Source: Oopsacas minuta
Taxonomy: Eukaryota; Animalia; Porifera
Length of the DNA: 14,295 nt
Direction: 5' to 3'
Assembly (NCBI GenBank): GCA_024704765.1
Contig: JAKMXF010000168.1
Location: 1-14,295 of the forward strand
Shown: one piece after another, positions 10,148 to 14,295 of the stretch
Numbering within the stretch: position 1 is the first letter of the stretch
How the letters are laid out: the number at the start of each line of letters is the position of its first letter
Position numbers and translations under genes: made by a program
The notes under the pieces: model-generated
What the model was told of the DNA's origin: nothing
Seen by the model: only the letters and a program-made list of their open reading frames with translations
Database searches by the model: none

Positions 10148-10717
10148 AGTTGTTTACAATATTCAGACTCAGCATACTCGAGTATACCCGTATAGTCGTT
10201 GAAAGTAAGAGTCTACCTCAATTTTGAAATCTGTTTAACTTATGTACCTAAAAGTAAACAAATATTCACAATATGTTGTTCACAATACCATATTCGGACT
10301 CAGCATGCTCGATTACCTCAGTATTGTAGTTGAAAGTATGATTCTACAACAATTTTGACATTTGTTTATATTACGTACATAAAAGTAAACAAATATTCAC
10401 AATATGTTGTTTACAATATCATATTCGGACTCAGCATACTCGATTACCTCAGGATAGTCATTGAGAGCATGTTTCTACAGCATTTTGAAATTCGTTTACT
10501 TTATGTTCATAAAAACAACAATAAGTTTACATATGAGAAACTTGAAATTGCGATATTCGTATTTAGCTTACTTTTGACCCCTGGGTAGCCGTTTAGAGCA
10601 AGCCTGCATGTATATTTTGAAATTTGGCTAATTTATTTACTTTATATTCATAAAAAGAACAATAATTTTACAAAAGATTAATCCAAGTGTGAAAATCGGA
10701 TTCAGCATGTTCGATTT
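10148..10717 (+). repeat. Tandem array of a 131-bp unit, about 5 copies
   Basis: The motif ttcggactcagcatactcga or a variant recurs at about 10166, 10297, 10428, 10559 and 10699 (spacing 131, 131, 131, 140). Copies 4 and 5 are degenerate. Confidence 0.85.
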
Positions 10718-11256
10718 ATTTAGTGAAGTTTAATTGAATTCTATTTACTTCCTTGATAAACACGATAAGTACATAGTTATACGACAATTTCAGAATTGCA
10801 TACCGTAAAATCTTTCCTTGACAACGGGCAAACAAACAACTATTGAGATTCATTTAACTAGATTTCTGTAGCAGTGTTTGTGTGAAATCTTAAAATTAAG
10901 TAAACTAACCTCAATATTCTAATTAAACTATATTCTTTCCGTCAGCGCATGGTCGTTCGCGGCTATTTTCAGGAAAGTAGCCCCCTGAACGACGAGGGAT
11001 TCCATTAATCAAATTATTAAATCCTATTTCAAATTAGTACAGGGCTTTTTGAGTGCACAAATATATAAGGGGGAAAAGTGGACATATGCTGTCCGCTTGA
11101 TATGTATTACAATTTTTTAGCCAACTACATGCCATTGGAAGAACTCTTCATTAGGAAAATCCTGTATGAAACAATGAAGTGGTATAAAATAAGCGACATG
11201 ACTGTATATATATTATTCACACAAAAATAGTAGTGTATTAAAATAGTAATCCTTAC

Positions 11257-11577
11257 TTCTCCTTTACTTTCCATAGTTTCTGAACTAAAAAATAATATCT
11301 TTCCATTCAATAAACCAACAACAATATATTTACCATTGTTAGAATATGCAACTGCTCTTCCTCCAAACGGTAGTTCTTTAATATACATCATTTCCTGCAT
11401 ATCCATATTCCAAATTCGTAGAGTAGCGTCGTCACTAATTGTAGCAAAAGTTGAAGTAATAGGATCATGGGCGAGGCCCCACAACTCACCTTGTGAATGG
11501 CCTCTTACTAAAACTACCATTGTGGATCGAGTAATTTCGATAACTTCATTATCTTTAGTGCCAACCAAAATGCTTCC
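11257..11577 (-). CDS. EML6: Internal exon (Y) of an EML5/EML6-like WD40/TAPE microtubule-associated protein
   Basis: 321 nt, phase 0 to phase 0. Acceptor ttatttgtttAG|GGA; donor GAA|GTAAGG. Translates GSILVGTKDNEVIEITRSTMVVLVRGHSQGELWGLAHDPITSTFATISDDATLRIW...GGRAVAYSNNGKYIVVGLLNG...ESKGE, matching the EML motifs ILVGTK, GH-GE-WGLA-HP and SDD-TLRIW. EML5 and EML6 cannot be told apart by eye. Confidence 0.9.
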
Positions 11578-12572
11578 CTAAACAAATAATACATGTAGAC
11601 ATTGAAAAAATACTCCAAACCCATAAAATGTTAAGACATATGGTAGTGAAGTAGTGCAAAATTCCCCGGTCGCGAAAACTACAGCGGCAGAGTGACCATG
11701 CAAATATCCACTTGTGGGAAGGCAACGTACTGCGCACCATATTCACTAAGAAGTCAAGTACTAAGTTAGACTTTAACCGAATACTGCGGGAAATAAGTGA
11801 TTTTATGACGAAAAGGTGCTAAAATCTCGATTTGAGTGCAGGAATAGATTAAAGCAAAGTGGGAAAAATTTAGTGTTCCTTTCGTTACGAACGTAACACT
11901 TCTACAGTAATCGATTATAGTAGAGAAATTTTGAATATTTTTTTGCTGTCCATGAAGGAGTCATTTGGGGCCTTATTCGGCCGCATTCTGTGACGATGTC
12001 ATAGCAAACAGAGGCTCCGGCCATGCCGTACTCTTTATCAAACATTGCGAGCTTCGCCCTCACTGTTGGATGGAAATTGCTTCCCAAAGAAAATTCAAAG
12101 TAAATCCTACTTATAGTAAGGGATTCGAAATCCTGGTTGAATAAAAAATCGAATAAACGTTTATTAAATTCAGCCATTTAGCAATTTACAACCTAAAATT
12201 ATAGTAATTATTTAATTTTTGAAGTAATATCCAGGTTTCGTGCCAAAATTTGATGAACTAAATTCAAATTCAATATAGAACAATATCCTAGTGACGAAAA
12301 CTGCGAACAATCCTGGCGGAACGGCGGAATTTTCCCAGTTTTTGAAAATTCATTCTACAATGAGTACAGTTTCAGTGACAAATATGAACAACAAATATCT
12401 AATAAAATTCCAGCACAATGGTAATAATATCTTTGCAAATTTCTAGCCAAATTCCAAAAAAATAAGCCCAAACTAGCACGTTTATAGGGAAAAATGGAGG
12501 CTGATTGCATTTATATTCTATGAAAAACATACAGAGACTCCGTCTCTGCTTTGTCTATTAACCGAATGCTGC

Positions 12573-13215
12573 CGAGAAAATGTGTCATTTTATGACTTCA
12601 AAAAGTTGGTAATTTCTTGATTTGGATGGAGATAAAGTTGTACAAAACCAGTCCAGGGATGGAAACTCTAATTATGAGGTGTTGTTTCAGATACATAAAA
12701 GTATTGGGTTATTCTGATAGCAATAAATCAAAAAGAATAAACTTTTCCAATCTATATAATGTAGTACAGCTAATGTTGTAATACACTCAAATAGGCTTTG
12801 GAAGAAAAGGTACCCTTATCTGAGAAATGTACTGTTTCAACCAGTGTATTTGGGCATTCACTGCATATAAGTTTAGTAATTGTGTACACGAGTGTAAATA
12901 TGTACGAAATTTTTGAAAAGATTGCCATTGAAATTGGCGCATATTCTAATTAAATGTATTACTACTCTTAGAATCCGTACTTTCAGATCTCCAGACATCA
13001 AAAACAACATTTTGTGAGGAATTTAAGTGCATCTGGGTAGGGTAATTTCTGGATGGTTTCCCACAGCTGATTCTTATAATATACTCATTATAAATATCGT
13101 TGGCATAGTAAATATTGAAACCATGTAAAAATTGTTCATGAACAGGGAAATTAGGAATATTAGAGTTAGACTTTTCGCGAAATCTTTAATTTGGACCAAA
13201 TCGCAGTTCCGCTTG
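12573..13215 (+). pseudogene. Possible highly decayed pogo/Tigger-like transposase N-terminal half
   Basis: Motif-like fragments in different frames, in the expected order: SFYDFKKLVI, GNSNYEVLFQIHKS, RYPYLRNVLF, IFEKIAIEI, EEFK/ASG*GNF, EIFNLDQIAVP. About 207 codons from the first to the putative first catalytic D. Many stops and frameshifts. Confidence 0.35.
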
Positions 13216-13433
13216 GCCGATTCCAGGAAATTTTTCACAAAGTTTTATCCCTATAAAATTGAAGATAATTATATTGAATTCAAAAACATTTAATATATTA
13301 ATATATTGTAATTTTTCAAAGTTATATGTGGGTAAATGTATAATTTTCTTAGTTTTCCCCTCATTTATGAACAACAAAAGTGTTAATAGATTTTAAATAT
13401 CGTAAATATTTTGCAGTTATATATGTACTACAC

Positions 13434-13448
13434 ATATATATATATATA
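13434..13448. repeat. Short (AT)n microsatellite
   Basis: ATATATATATATATA. Confidence 0.6.
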
Positions 13449-13539
13449 ATTGTATATACTATTTATAAGCGTATTTAAACCAATAAATGCAGAATGAACT
13501 CATTCTCTAAATTTAGATACAATTTTGGTGGGTGTATAC

Positions 13540-14295
13540 CAGGCTTGTCCAACCTTTTTTGTTCGCGGGCCAAATAAGGGCTTCCTTAACTACTTTAGGG
13601 CAGCACGACATTAGATATATCAAGGTAGCATGATGTTATTTATTTGGGGATAGCGTTAATACGGATTATTTCCGAATTGAAAATCACTACATGTTTTATT
13701 AAATTATAGTAAACTTTAATGATAAAGAACATATCTAATGGGATACCTGACTTTGTTTTTGTTTACACAAAGAGTCAATATCTGCTCGTCACTTGATGTC
13801 GCAATCCGTAATATTCCTGATAGATGAGTGTCTGTCAGGAGTGATCTAGACTTGCTTTTAATATTTTACATCATTGAGAAAAGCTGTTCATAGCAATACG
13901 TGCTGCCAAATAAGGAAAGGAACCTAAGGGTAAATTAGGAAATTGATCCGATTTAACATTTTGACCATAAAATGTCAGAAGGTCATGCCCTGCAAAGCTC
14001 TCTTTCTCTCCGAGTTATTTTGTATTTCAATTAGTTCCAGTTGGAACATTTCAGGAGCATTAGTGGCATCAGCTCCAAACGGATCACCTGACCTGTAAGC
14101 GTGTCAAATGTATCTGCATGTTTAGTAGAGTAATGTCGTTTGATATCATACTCTTTGAATACAACTATCTTCTCCGACATATCAAGCACAATAAGCATTC
14201 GTTGTGTTCTACGACGAAAAATCTAATGTCCATGAGGATTTGAAAACTCGACATTCACCATCAATTTTCCTTTTCTTTGCTTTAATCACGGGAGT
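13540..14295 (-). mobile_element. Internally deleted, decayed hAT transposon of the Buster/SPIN (GTF2IRD2-like) group; 5' end outside the window
   Basis: With frameshifts, the minus strand gives N-terminal KKRKIDGECRVFKSSWTLDF-FVVEHNECLLCLIC-EKIVVFKEYDIKRHYSTKH joined directly to C-terminal DPFGADATNAPEMFQLELIEIQ...SLFGSTYCYEQLFSMM*NIKSKSRSLLTDTHLSGILRIA...CKQKQSQVSH* (stop 13735-13737). Terminus CAGGCTTGTCCAACC at 13540 is preceded by GTGTATAC, which fits the NNNTANNN Buster target. Confidence 0.9.

Noticed and set aside
5472-10588. Small ORFs 5472-5720, 6309-6500, 6595-6786, 7074-7295, 9024-9272, 9895-10101 and 10355-10588
   Set aside because: Most overlap MITEs, foldback arms or the tandem array, and none has a recognisable domain.
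10148-10717. CRISPR-like interpretation of the regularly spaced motif
   Set aside because: The spacers are homologous to each other (a true tandem repeat), the context is a eukaryotic intron, and there are no cas genes.
11125-11256. C-terminal part of ORF 11125-11568 (VRITILIHYY...)
   Set aside because: Intron read-through after the GTAAGG donor; EML similarity ends at ESKGE.
1790-11754. Shared 11-mer CACTAAGAAGT (1790-1800 reverse, 11744-11754 forward) as possible CACTA/Transib ends
   Set aside because: No TSD, similarity stops at 11 nt, and many 11-mer matches are expected by chance in 14 kb.

Overview
AT-rich eukaryotic (probably invertebrate animal) genomic DNA, mostly intronic. It carries three minus-strand coding exons of an EML5/EML6-type echinoderm microtubule-associated protein-like gene with WD40/TAPE repeats: 11577-11257, 6308-5989 (not in the ORF track) and 2076-1838. 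The introns are full of DNA-transposon material: a Tc1 DD34E fragment cut off at a single N (4254), an internally deleted Buster/SPIN-type hAT, two inverted copies of a three-ended hAT MITE with 8-bp TSDs, two Tigger-like MITEs, two long foldback palindromes, a 131-bp tandem array and a probable decayed pogo-like transposase. The main oddity is exon order: the exon at 2076-1838 looks like the one that should precede 11577-11257, yet it lies downstream across the N. The simplest explanation is an assembly problem. I found no convincing new protein-coding system. The host species cannot be determined. All alignments are by eye and family comparisons are from memory.
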